DNA of 39,595 nt from Octopus bimaculoides (GCF_001194135.2 NC_068983.1:145212366-145251960); one strand, 5' to 3'. Shown: positions 11,601 to 24,094, counted from the stretch's first letter. Made by a program: numbers and translations. The notes: a model not told the origin generated them from the letters alone.

Positions 11601-13500
11601 GTTCTTAGCTCAAATTACGCCGAGGTTGACTTTGCTGTTCATTCGTATGGAGTCGATAAAATAAAATACCAGTTGAACACTGGAATTGATAAAATCGACA
11701 CGCCATGTCTCACAAAATTTCAAGCCTTGTGCCTATAGAAGGGAGAATCATCAAAGATCAAATAGGTGAACTTACTGAAACTTCCAGAGTGTAGCACGAA
11801 GTTTTGGGTGTTTTTTGTGGGGCAAGGGGTCTTAACAGCGTCCCCCACTTCTTTTCTTTTTTTTTTCTTTTAGTATGCTTTTATAGTTATACTAAAATGT
11901 ATAACTATAAAAAAATAGTTATACTTTTTAGAAATAACTATAGGAGAGGGTTTTAAAACCAGACGAGCAAGCCACAACATGCTTGCTCGATCTTCTGGTA
12001 ACAGTCACCAAATTATCGTATTTCACTTTGCTATCTTAAAACAGAAGAGATACTTATTAAATAATATAGCCCTGAATTACACTGCCTAAAACAGAGACAA
12101 GTTTGTCACGTCTAGAATGTTATGTTCAATTAGAGCTGATCCGTGGAGAAAGCAACAGCTTTTGTATCCCATGCTATACATTTTCTGCCCTTATATGTGC
12201 GTGCGTGTGTGTGTGTTTGTGTCTGCGTTCGTCCCCCGCCACCGCTTGACAACCGATGCTGGTGTGTTTACGTCCTCGTAACCTAGCGGTTCGGGAAAAG
12301 ACCTGATAGTTTAAGTACCAGGTTTTAAAAAGGAAAAAGTACAAGGTCGATTCATTCGACTAAAAATTCTTTAAGACGATATTCTAGCATGTCCGCAATC
12401 TAATGACTGAAACAACTAAAAGATAATATATGCACAAGGCCTGAAATTTTGAAGCGGATGAGAATAGCAGATCATATCAACCCCGGAATTTTATTAATAC
12501 TTCATTTTATCGATCCCGGAAGTATAAACAAATTTGACCTCAGCGGGATTTGAACTCAGAATGTAAGAACCCAGAAGAAACACTCCTCAATTACACAGTA
12601 ATGCTACTTCTAACAGAAGTAAACTCTACAAACCTATTTAGTTAGATAGTTGTTTAGAATTTATTGTCTTGGTCACGGAAATAACACAATATTGATTATA
12701 GGAACCAACAGCATCTCAACTGGTTGTTTAATATCCACTGCCTCGACCTTCTAATTTATTGTAACAAATGTAATAATGTAAAACCGTTCAATCAGCCATT
12801 TACTGTCTCTGTCAAATGTATTCATTCGATATTAGCAAGATATAAAGACAGAAATATATATAATTGTTTATGAAGTTCAATATTATTCTGGACACTTGCG
12901 TAAGATTATATTGTCAAGTAAGATTTATAAGCCTGTGTGTGTGTGTGTGTGTGTGTGTCTTTATATATAATTTTTGAAACTGCAGTTTCGATATTATGAG
13001 GAAATATACACAGTTGTGGACATGTAAACGACGTAGTTAAATTTCTTATGAAGTAGCCATTTCAATATAGAAATGTCAATTTATAATCTACGTTGATGGA
13101 CATGCAAATAGGAACACGTTGTTGCGAGGGGATTTAGGCTGAAAAGGCCGAAGTAAAATGCACGCATAAGTTAATCAATTGCTGAGTCGCCATTTCAGTC
13201 TCTATTAACAAATGTGTCTTTATTAACAACGTCGTGTGTTTCGTTTTATGCATAAAATTTATCTATAAGTAAATACTATACTGTTGTGTTTCACAATAAA
13301 GGTTCTTACGGAAAACATATATCAAATATGACCCATTCTTGAGTGTGTGTCGATCCTTGAATATCTCGTAGTTTTCAAAGAAAATTCGCTGATGATGTTG
13401 TGTGTTAACAAATTAGCTCGTGCTTACTCTGCGTTACATCTAATTGATCTCAGAAAAGAGAGAGAAAAGATGATTGAAATTGTGAATATCATAATATTTC

Positions 13501-13769
13501 GGTTAAACTCCATTTTCAGACCCGGGCAAAAAAATTGAAAAAAAAAAATAGTGTAATATGTGTAAAAGAACGTTTAGCAATAGAATATGAAGGAAAAAAT
13601 GCGCGCTGACAAACGGCGCGGGGGTGGGTTCCGAATCCTCTCACCACTCCCCCGTTCGTCGTCGCAAATTTTTTTCTTCATATTCATTTACTACACATTA
13701 TTTTACACTTCTTACGCTATTTTTTTTTTTTTTCAAATTTTTGCCCGGCTCCGAAACTGCGGCTTAACC
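13501..13769. mobile_element. Foldback MITE: nearly the whole 269 bp is one imperfect palindrome
   Basis: 13501-13616 aligns with the reverse complement of 13651-13769; termini GGTTAA...TTAACC. Confidence 0.85.
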
Positions 13770-14062
13770 AATATTTCTTTATACAGAACATTGCTTTGTT
13801 CAAAAGTTTCTTCAATGCAGAATTATATATCGTATATAATTTTACTTATTTCAGTCATGAGACTACGATCATGCTGGGGCACTACCTTGAAGAGATTAGT
13901 CGAACAAATCGATCCCGCCACTTATATATATATATTTTTAAGTCTCTTATTTATTGTATCGGTCTCTTTCGCCAAACTGCTATGTCACGGAGACGTAAAC
14001 AAAGTAACGGGACTAACATTGATTGTCAGACAGTGGAGAGGACAAGCACAAATAGACACACA

Positions 14063-14110
<48 letters not shown>

Positions 14111-14714
14111 TGTGCGTGCGTGTGCGCACGCGACGGGCTTCCACTCAGTTTCTGTCTACCAAATTCACTCACAAGATATTGATCGATTCGTGGCTATAGC
14201 AAAAGACATTCTTTGAAGGCGGATGCAAAGCAAACTTCTTAACCAGACAGCCGTGCCTTACCAACTAGTAAGCAGTGTGAATCTTTTGCTTTCCTTTACC
14301 TCCCACCTGATCTTACTCAGAAAATTACAATTTACTTAAGTATAGCTTAGTAAGTACGATTCTTTCATGTAGATCAAGGGTGATAAAGACGTTTCAGGCT
14401 AGTTTGTCTTAGATACACGCCCTTAATTCTAGGTCGTCAGTACTGTTCCATTGTCTATATGATTTATGAGATTCTCCACGTTGATGTAGGAGTATCTAAC
14501 TAGATAAATAAATAATGTATGGATATAATTTATTATCTAGTTTTTGAATATCTTTAAGGTCATCAGGAGGGACACGTGATATTTCTTAGGATTCTAAATC
14601 ATTTGATGGTTCCAATCAATGTGTAATACGAATATTAGTGCGTATATTTAAAATGGTAAATAATACTTTTACCAGAAGCTGCACACGCACACACACATAC
14701 ATAGATGCACGTAT

Positions 14715-14715
<1 letters not shown>

Positions 14716-14769
<54 letters not shown>

Positions 14770-14770
14770 T

Positions 14771-14809
<39 letters not shown>

Positions 14810-14915
14810 TGGATAGGTGTATATACATGTATACACACGCACATACGGAGACACACATATCTATCTATCAATCTATGTAAACATACATACATACATACAT
14901 ACATACATACATACA

Positions 14916-14944
<29 letters not shown>
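14716..14944. repeat. (ATAG)n (14716-14808) and (ACAT)n (14880-14944) tetranucleotide arrays
   Basis: Directly visible. Similar compound arrays at 25541-25706, 33551-33636, 34930-34977 and 35090-35300. Confidence 0.97.
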
Positions 14945-14946
<2 letters not shown>

Positions 14947-16686
14947 GAACTAACTGTTACTTTCTCAGATGCCGCACTGAATTTTGTCAGTGAACAGGTC
15001 GCGATTTCAAAGCGACGAAAATATTTTGATAAATTAAATTTAAATGTTGAAGTGAATCTAACGGTTTTCGTGTGTTTTTAAATGGCTTATAAACTCCTTC
15101 TATACTGCAATTGTTTTTGTTTCAGCACACGATCTCAAATCAAGTCACTTGCTATGCAAGTACATCTCCGTAATTCCGAAAGCTTGAGCCAGGCTACCAA
15201 AACTCTGAGGAAAGCCGTTACTTGTTGCTTGGGAAAAATAACAGCTAAGCAACAGCTTCATTTCATTAGACACTAGACTTAATCCCTTTGTCTGTCCTTG
15301 TTTGTCTCATCTATGTTTAGCCCCCTGTGGGCAATAAAGAAATACACATATATANNNNNNNNNNNNNNNNNNNNNNNNNNNNNNNNNNNNNNNNNNNNNN
15401 NNNNNNNNNNNNNNNNNNNNNNNNNNNNNNNNNNNNNNNNNNNNNNNNNNNNNNNNNNNNNNNNNNNNNNNNNNNNNNNNNNNNNNNNNNNNNNNNNNNN
15501 NNNNNNNNNNNNNNNNNNNNNNNNNNNNNNNNNNNNNNNNNNNNNNNNNNNNNNNNNNNNNNNNNNNNNNNNNNNNATAAACGAAGATGACCAATTTATT
15601 AATAAATAATTGTTAACTTCCTTATCTCCATTTTCTTTTCTTCTTTTAACTGGATATAAACTATATGCTTAATATACACCTACTGTTTTAAGACTGAACG
15701 CAGAATGGTGTGGCTAGGAAGCGAGCTTTTTACCACTGCCCTACACACATACATTGTCTTTTGAAGATGCCACAAATAGCAAACAAAGAAGGGTTCCGAG
15801 TTAAATTCTTTTCTGTATTTAGATCTAACCCTTTCTTTTTTTTATTCGGAGCTACTGGTGCCATCCTACACATAAAGAAATCAAGGGAAGAAAAACCTAG
15901 TATAAAGGCTAAATACTAAATAAAGGTTGCTCGACATTTACAGAAGAAAATTCGAACGGATTGTAATTCTGAGCGGGAATTATTGGAGAAACATTTTAAC
16001 GGCAATCCTGGTAGCTGGGGATACAGGTAGATACGTCTGACTTGGATGGAGATGGTATACAGTTTGCCTGTTTAGGTAAATTTGTAGAGCAGTAATTTTA
16101 ATGCGTTGGTTAAAGAAGTCTATAAGCTCTCTTAATGCACTGTGAACCGGGCAAAGCGACTGAATCAAACATGAATTAAGAAAAATCAATGGGTGTTAAC
16201 AAATAGGGATATTATCTACTATAATCACTGTTTCTGATTTAGGTGGAAGTAGTTAAGTCAACAGCAGTACCTAATTCAAGCTTTATTTTATCGACACCGG
16301 TGGAATGAAAAGCAAAATTGTGGTCCATGAGATTTGGGCTCGGAACCTTAAAGTGCCGGAACAAATATTCGCAAGGTGTCTTTTCTTGCTTTTTCATTTT
16401 TTTTTTTCAATACTCTAACGACTCTACCAATCTACGGGTTTTTTTTTTTCTTTTTACAGAAATAACAACAACAATGAAAGAAATGCCATTTTATATATTT
16501 TGTGTTAAAATACATTTTATTACTATTTGTTCTCTTTAAAGAATTTTAGTTATTTTCTATGTTAGTATAAAGTTATTAATGTTAAAGTGACCTTGTTGTT
16601 TTTATAATTGGTATGGTAACAATAGTGCTTATTTCTTGTCAAAGAAAAGAAAAGAGAGATTCTATTTAGAATGAGAAAACATGAAA

Positions 16687-16692
16687 TTTATT
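16687..16692 (-). terminator. Candidate polyadenylation signal of the secreted-protein gene
   Basis: AATAAA on the minus strand ~300 nt after the stop codon; in AT-rich DNA this is weak evidence. Confidence 0.4.
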
Positions 16693-16995
16693 AGTCACGG
16701 CCTAACTATACATAATAGGGTTTTCCGGATATTCAGCTAACTGCATTCCGTATTTTCCAGCATACAAGTCGACTTACTATATAGTGTAAACATGTAGAGT
16801 AAATATTCAAACATCGTCACTATCTTTCCAAATTCTGATGCATTTCACATGGAATTTTTGAGTATATAAGTCAACCTCTCTTCTTTGGCTGTAAACTTTG
16901 CTCTAAAATATTCGACTTGTATGCCAAAAAATGCAGTATTTCAAACTACAAAACATGAATGGTATTGTTGGCACGGAGAATATTAGAATCTTGTT

Positions 16996-17598
16996 TTAAG
17001 TACCAGCTCTTCCTTTCGGTGCTCCGTCACGACTTTTAGGTGTAAGGGGTTTTATAGTTGAAGTAATTCCTGTTGCAGGAATACTTTTATGAAGCCAATA
17101 GACATACATCCCTTGGATGATTGTAACATATACAGGACGAAATTTCTGCGGATAATACTTCGTCGAATACATGTTCCTCAATGTGTCTTCAGAAACTCTC
17201 AGTAAATCCTTGAACTTTAACACAATATCGAAATCCGAAAGCACTCTAGGACAGATTAAAAAATAATCTTCGTTTTTCATGTTACCAAAGTATTTAAGAT
17301 GTGGTCTCATTCGTAGTGGAAATTGACGAAGAGAGACAATATTCTTCATTGGTGAAATTTCGCATTCCCAGTATGCTAATTTGTATCTCGACTCGTTACT
17401 TTCCTCGGATGAGCTTATGAAGGATTCTAACGATTCCTCTGATGTTCTGCCACCGAAGCGATATACATTCCTATTTGCATATCTACCAGTTAAGCGTGTC
17501 CTGACCTCTTCAGATGAATCAGCACCAACAATAGTTTGAACTGATAGAAAATATGTCAATAATAACTCAAGCAATGCTACGAATTTGAAAGACTTCAT
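16996..17598 (-). CDS. Uncharacterised secreted protein, 200 aa, single coding exon; signal peptide, acidic Ser/Glu cluster, two Cys
   Basis: Longest non-repetitive ORF in the window. First ATG at 17598 (the track start at 17646 is TTG). MKSFKFVALLELLLTYFLSVQTIVG resembles a signal peptide. Candidate acceptor (pyrimidine tract + AG at 17740-17739) ~140 nt upstream; AATAAA at 16692-16687. No family recognised. Confidence 0.75.
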   Translation of the reverse strand: MKSFKFVALLELLLTYFLSVQTIVGADSSEEVRTRLTGRYANRNVYRFGGRTSEESLESFISSSEESNESRYKLAYWECEISPMKNIVSLRQFPLRMRPHLKYFGNMKNEDYFLICPRVLSDFDIVLKFKDLLRVSEDTLRNMYSTKYYPQKFRPVYVTIIQGMYVYWLHKSIPATGITSTIKPLTPKSRDGAPKGRAGT

Positions 17599-17738
17599 AG
17601 CAACGGTTGAGAATCTCAATGGAAATCGGAAAAATAACTTAACCAACGAAAGCTAATGAGTGAGATATCCCAAGGTTTAGGTTTGAAGGTGTTTGAAGAA
17701 GTCAGACAGAAAAGCACTGCGAATTTTCTTTCTTCAAG

Positions 17739-17762
17739 CTGAAATATAAGAGAAAATAATAT
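17739..17762 (-). promoter_or_regulatory. Candidate 3' splice site of a 5'-UTR intron of the secreted-protein gene
   Basis: Minus strand ATTATTTTCTCTTATATTTCAG|CTTGAAG. Confidence 0.55.
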
Positions 17763-19440
17763 CTTATTTTAATGTTACAGGTTTACAGTCAGTCGTCATG
17801 TTTAAACTTCAAACGAATAATATTGAGTCAACAGAAACATTAAAGTGTTTAGATTGCCTTCCCACGTTTTTCTATTTCCGACAGGTCAATTTCGATTTTC
17901 CTTCTTCCAGTTTCAATAAAATAGGTACCAGAATGTACTAAGATTGGTTCAGTCGACAATACCCGCCACACCAACCCAGCACAACATGACCTTGTCTCGG
18001 ACGAATGAATCCATAAGTTCCTTGTGATCTTCATTTATTCTCCATTAAGATCTGAGTTGATTACGTGAATGATACCATGACGTGAATGATACCATGACGA
18101 TGCCACATTGTCAGACGTGAACTAAGTTTCCAGTTAGGGGAACTAAGCTAGTGAAAGTTACATATCTTTGCCAAGAATATAGTGTCTCAATGCAAACTGG
18201 AGACTCTTCGGTCGATAAGCCACATCTTGTCAATTCAGCCGGCTGTAACTTTTAGAGTAGCACAAGCATTTATATTTTACTACAGCACATCCTCGCGCAC
18301 GCAAATGCACACACAATCACACACGGTCTCATATACACTCGCGCACACATCCAAAGGACAAATAAAACACTGAGCCCGGGAAAACAAGTAATGTCTGGTG
18401 TCAGTAGAAATAATAGTTTCTAATTTAGGCAGAAGGCGAGCAATTTTGAGGGGAGGAGTCAGTTGATTACATTGAACCCAGCACTTGCTGATACTTAATT
18501 TTATTGATTCGGGAAAGATGAAAAGCAAGGTTGACCGCAGCGGGTTTTGACCTCTGAACGAAAGGAGATGCAACAGAATACCGCTAGGAATTTAGCCGTG
18601 GCTTTTTATCAATTCTTCCAATCCATTCCAGTATGTTAACAGAAATATAGCATCTTGTATGCTGTCGATTCTGACTAGCCCAGTACTTGTAGCTTGCTAC
18701 TTATTTGATAAACTTTGATAGAAGTAATGTCAAAGACAACAGATTAAATAAAATATTTTTTTTTACAAAATAAAGTAAATAAAATAATTTTACGAATTTT
18801 GTTTTCATCCACGCTTATGCACATTTACTGTTACAATAAGTAAACATCATTGCTAATAATAATATAAAACAATAAATCAATGAAGTTAATGACTCAGACT
18901 GTAACCACCATAAAACAAAAAAAAATAGTTAAGTTTGAGTCAATGTATTTAATGTCATAAACAAATAAAAATCTAATTAGAAATATTTATGTAGTGGGTA
19001 AAACACATTAGCTTTAAGACTAATATTGTTTTAACTATTTCAAGCACGACACACATTTATGAAAATTTCTTGTTTCATTTATTCTCGGCGAAACAAACTT
19101 TGAGTGGAGTGCCCTTCACCATATCCAGCCTGCTCGTAAATGGCATAACTACCAAAACATATAGTAGACATGAGAAAAAGCAATCCTGATGAACGGAGCC
19201 TGTGATTCGAAACGGTTCCGATGGTGACCATATAAGGTGTCCACCAAAGAGATGGTGTTGAGCTTTGTAATGATTCAAGTTCAATGATGAAAGTGAAACC
19301 GGCTGTCCTTAAGGCGGTTTCCTCTTTGAATAATGGCTGATTCCATTGAATGTTATATCTAAAGTGATCAGAGATCCACCAAAGTTGGATCTAACCTCAC
19401 TCTTTCTGTTATATACCACACAATACCAAGGTTATTATGG

Positions 19441-20465
19441 ATACGAGGTGCATTCCAGAAGGTTGGCAACATTTTAGGAGAGACTTTTTATAACTGTCCT
19501 GGATGATTGTAATTTTACTATATCATTACTACACATCTAATAAACTGACCTGCCAACGTTTCTTCTAGATTGAAGGAGACGGATGTAATAGCACTTTGAA
19601 CATACCCTACAAAATAGAGCTTGCCCCAACTGACAAACTCACAGAATGCAGTCGGAGCATGAAGACTCTTTGGAACCTCGCTTTGCAATTTAGTTTTGTG
19701 TTCAACTGGACAAAACCGCTACAGAAACTTATGAAATACTTTCAACTGCTTATAGATTAACTTGTATGAGACGAGCATCCGTATTTTTTTCCGCTGGCAC
19801 AAGAGGTTCACGGACGGTAGAGAGAAGATGAGAGATGATGAGAAGTGTGGGAAGAAGAACGACTTCAGGACATCAGACCTGGTTGAGAACATTCGCTAGT
19901 TTCTGGATGAAGATCGTCGTGTGTCTATAAAGACAATAAACATGCAGTTTGGAGTTGGTGTGGCAACTTTAGAGACAGGGTATCCAATTGAAGCATCTTG
20001 ACACCCTCAGACCTAAAGAAAGACAAAGCAAGTCCACCGAGAAGCTCATGATGATCCCCTTTTTCGACAGTAAGGGCAGTTTCTACAGCCACTGAGTTCC
20101 CTCTGGCCAGACGGTCAACAAAGAATACTGTCTAGGTTTTTGAGGGTGGTCAGGAAGAGATTTCGTCACAGAAGTCTAGAGCTCTTCCACCCGGGTCGGT
20201 GCAACACTCCTCAATTCCATCCTGATAACCAACTACTGGACAGAGATGGGCATCAAAACCGTACCTCATCCTTCCTACAATCCAAACATTGCTCCCTATG
20301 ACTTTTGGCTGTTTCCCAAACTGAAGGAAAATATCAGGGGCAGTTTTTGAAGACACTGAAAAGATAAAAGAACCTGGACATCTTCACTTTGGGACATTCA
20401 CAAATGGCTGGAGTGCTATAATAAATGCACTGAAAATGTCTTAAAACGTCTGGAATAAATCTTTT
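19441..20465 (+). mobile_element. Decayed, internally deleted mariner element
   Basis: Left end TACGAGGTGCATTCCAGAAGG. Fragments FCVQLDKTATETYEIL, RWHKRFTDGREKMRDDE, DEDRRVSIK, VPSGQTVNKEY and PHPSYNPNIAPYDFWLFPKLK (YSPDLAP.DF-like motif). Right TIR degenerate. Confidence 0.85.
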
Positions 20466-22499
20466 TATATGTATATATGCTGGTTTTAACAATCACTTTG
20501 CCAAAATTGTCAACTCTGTAATTCGGTCTTTAAATTGTTTCTATTATGTCGATCGTGTTCTTTCTCATCAATATTACCAATTCTTGGTTCACACAAACTG
20601 AAATTTTTACCGTCTGCTGTTAGTTGTTGTAGATATCACCAAAACCAGTGACGAACTTGTCCTGATANNNNNNNNNNNNNNNNNNNNNNNNNNNNNNNNN
20701 NNNNNNNNNNNNNNNNNNNNNNNNNNNNNNNNNNNNNNNNNNNNNNNNNNNNNNNNNNNNNNNNNNNNNNNNNNNNNNNNNNNNNNNNNNNNNNNNNNNN
20801 NNNNNNNNNNNNNNNNNNNNNNNNNNNNNNTATATATAGTTCGTACGGCAGAATATCTAATTCTGGTGATTTGCCCCTCGCAAGGCTAAAGGACACATCC
20901 GCTTGCTCCACAGTCAATTGACACACCCGCTACATTCGCTTTTGAAATTGGTTTTCCATACAACATTGTATCTTTTGCTGAGAGTTACGGCAAACCATTA
21001 TCTGGTCCGTCAAAGACCAGTATGTGACTTCGTTGCCATCCTGCATTTCTGTCACTTGGCATGTCATGCCCTCTTGTTTCACAGCATGTACCTTAACCCG
21101 AACACTGCCTCTTTTGTGGTTCGCGTCGAAGAAATGGTCAAGGGCTCTTCACGTCGTTAATTCGTTATATGCTATTCCTCTTCTAGTCGACCGACTATTT
21201 TTTTAATCTGCTGTTCTCTGCTACTACATTTTGCTAAAACCAACGAACATCATTTCGTTAATTTAAGCATAAAAGTAGCAATCATTATAATAATGTTTTT
21301 CTTTATTTTATAATTTAGGTACAAGGCTAGCAATTTTGATATTATTGACCGTTGTAAATATTTTACAGTTTTCTTTTCTCTAAACAGCGTGACCGCCACA
21401 ACATCTGCATAGAATATAAATAACCTTGATCTGTAAGTACATTTGGGTAGCAACAGAGTATCTAACTGAAGAAAAATGCTGTTTTTTAACGTAAAAGATC
21501 TTATAGTAGAAGAAATGAAAGAAACATATACATAATGAAAATACAAACAACGAAAATAAAAAGTAAAACTAAAATAAGAATATTATATGTAAAAATATTG
21601 AGAATATAAATCTCAAAGATAGACGTAGTGCCTGCAAAACAATATCAAATTACAACTAAATGGATTCCCAAGAAGATCAAATCTCAAGATAATTATACTC
21701 CGAGATAATATAGATCAAAATGGTAAATCACAAATATACTGATTGAAATATGGACTAGAGTAAGGGTGAGAAAATTTCTTAAAATAAATATCTGCGATAA
21801 TCTAAAGGTTAAAGATCTTACGGTTCAATGAAAGACATTTCAATATATAATACTTAGCGATGAAATGACAGCAGGAATAAAATAAGTACAAAATTGACTG
21901 TTGCAGGCTTATTGGAAACAGAGGTGGATGTAATATTCCACAAAATACATCAAATAAACACAACCACAATAATAACAAAGCCGAGTAGGGACATCCTTAA
22001 AGTTTCTGATATACGAAAATCTAATTCTAAGTTAACAACAATATAGAAAAAGATTTAAAAAATAAAGACCGCTCAATTTTTAATAAAATCAACGAAAAAA
22101 AGAAAGAAAGAAAGAAAGAAAGAAAAGGAGAAGCAAACACTACAAAAAAGGAACCCGAAATCATAGAGTACCTAAAGCAAGGGATCTTCGCTAGGTCACA
22201 AAGAATTTATTGTTATGAAATGTGAAACAGTTCTTTAATCAAAACAAAAAGTTCGGTTCCACCCCAAAAACGATTTCATAAACAGAAATTAATTCAACAC
22301 CAACACCAAAAGAAGTGAAATATTTGGGTGTGGAGTATGATGAGTGTACGGATTATCACAGGAGAGAATGTTCAAAAACAGTGGTAAAAAAAATTATCAT
22401 AAAATATCTACTAAAAACTCATAATATCTAGTAAACAATAAAATAAAGCAAAGGAAAATAGTTACCAAACCTGCACAAAACAAAAGACTGTCCTCTGTT

Positions 22500-23250
22500 T
22501 TCGTAAAAACCAATAAATATGACAGGCACTGAGATAGCACACAACTATGAAGATGACAGACAAACAACAACACAAACTATTAGGAAAATAAAAGAAGACT
22601 AGAAGTATCGTGAAAGGATGTTGATAAGAAAAAAACCCTACATGACAAATACCTGGCAAGACAAAGCTACACGGATCTAACAAATGAAAATAACTTATCT
22701 CTAAATGAGGACTGAAAAGGACTGAAAAGTGATACAGAGGGCGAAACACAAGACCAAAAGAAAAACTACTACAAACATATTATGAAGCAGAACAGTAAAC
22801 AGTAGGTTATGTAGAGGCTATGAAGGAACATTCTGTGATTTGGTTTCGAATTGTCCGGTCTTAGCCAAAACGAATGATATAAATACAAGTAATAGAATTA
22901 CAATTTTCATACACTGGAAATTTGGAAAATATATCAGCATTATGGAATATACTCAGAAACGAGACAAACACAAATCACAAACGCTATCAAGAAATTATTT
23001 GACCATTCACACCAAAGTCGAATATGTAAGCTATTATTGTCAAAAACGCTTAGGAAAACAAGTTTCTCCAAATAAATGATTATATCAATTCCATCAGAGA
23101 GCAATATATATCTAAGACACGAAGAAAAGCACTATCCATTTATAAGCTGAAACAATTTCCATAATAATAGATACCTTTGGAATGACCGGAAAAAGCAGAC
23201 AAATATATAAGCAACACTCCAGAACTTATACAAAACATACAAAAATAGTA
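22500..23250 (+). mobile_element. Highly decayed R4/Dong-type LINE (zinc-knuckle and C-terminal region)
   Basis: RLCRGYEGTFCDLVSNCPVLAKT..INTSNRITIFIHWK resembles CRLC..H..SGC..LA..EY..RHN.....IHW; may extend upstream to about 21550. Boundaries approximate. Confidence 0.55.
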
Positions 23251-24053
23251 CTGCAGTTATACTATATGGAGTACTCCTATAGCACCACCACTTCGCCCAA
23301 GGATTCATTTCGCAGAGTCTACACTGTTACAGACTTCAGGGTCAGTGAGGAGTTACCCTCTTCCTTCCCACTAATCTCGAAGGATTTGAGCAGATCATAT
23401 GTGCACCCTTTCCTCTTCAACTAAGTTAAAGCGCAAAAACAAAACAAAACACTGCACGTACCCAAATCACAAAGATCCCGGTTTTGCGGTAAACCATGCG
23501 ATAACGATAAAATATTTGAAATAAGGAGGTGGGGTTACACAGGTTCAAGCCAATAATTAGTGTTAAGGGAACTGTCGATTTTACAGACTATAGTTTCTTG
23601 ATCATATATTTTAGTGACTAAGGCAGGATGAAAAATATATTTAATTCCGATGAGATTTGAACGCAGACTGTAAAGAGTTCTACAATTTTATTTTTTTAAT
23701 AAGCCATACCTGTGTGTGTGTGTGTGTGCGTGTGTGTGTGTGTGTGTGTGAATTACGAACATATGCAATATGCATACGAAGACGCATACCTGCATACACA
23801 CACACACATATCTTTTATCTTTTACTTGTTTCAGTCATTGGACTGTGGTCATATTGGAGCACTGCCTCAAAAGGTTTATTTGAACAAATCTCCCGCAGTA
23901 CTTATTTTCGAAGTCTGGTATTCATTCTTCGATCGTTTTTACCTAGCTGCTTGGTTAAGGGGACATAAACAAACCAACAGGTTATCAGGCGATGGTGGTA
24001 AACACAAACACATACACACGCATAAACTCACACACACACACATACATATATAT

Positions 24054-24094
<41 letters not shown>

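Noticed and set aside
13587-14216. 209-aa and 128-aa ORFs
   Set aside because: Made of foldback MITE, SINE and (GT)n sequence; no coding signal.
14616-14940. Low-complexity ORFs ([16 protein letters not shown] repeats), also at 10.3-10.7, 25.2-26.6, 28.1-28.5, 34.8-35.3 and 37.3-37.8 kb
   Set aside because: Translations of microsatellites.
15980-16189. 69-aa minus-strand ORF as a possible exon or LINE fragment
   Set aside because: No recognisable motif or convincing splice sites.
17446-17475. RFamide neuropeptide precursor (NVYRFG-GR)
   Set aside because: Single occurrence, RFG is followed by G rather than a basic cleavage site, and there are no repeated peptide copies.
17599-17646. 16-aa N-terminal extension given by the ORF track
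   Set aside because: Starts at TTG; the first ATG (17598) directly precedes the signal-peptide-like segment.
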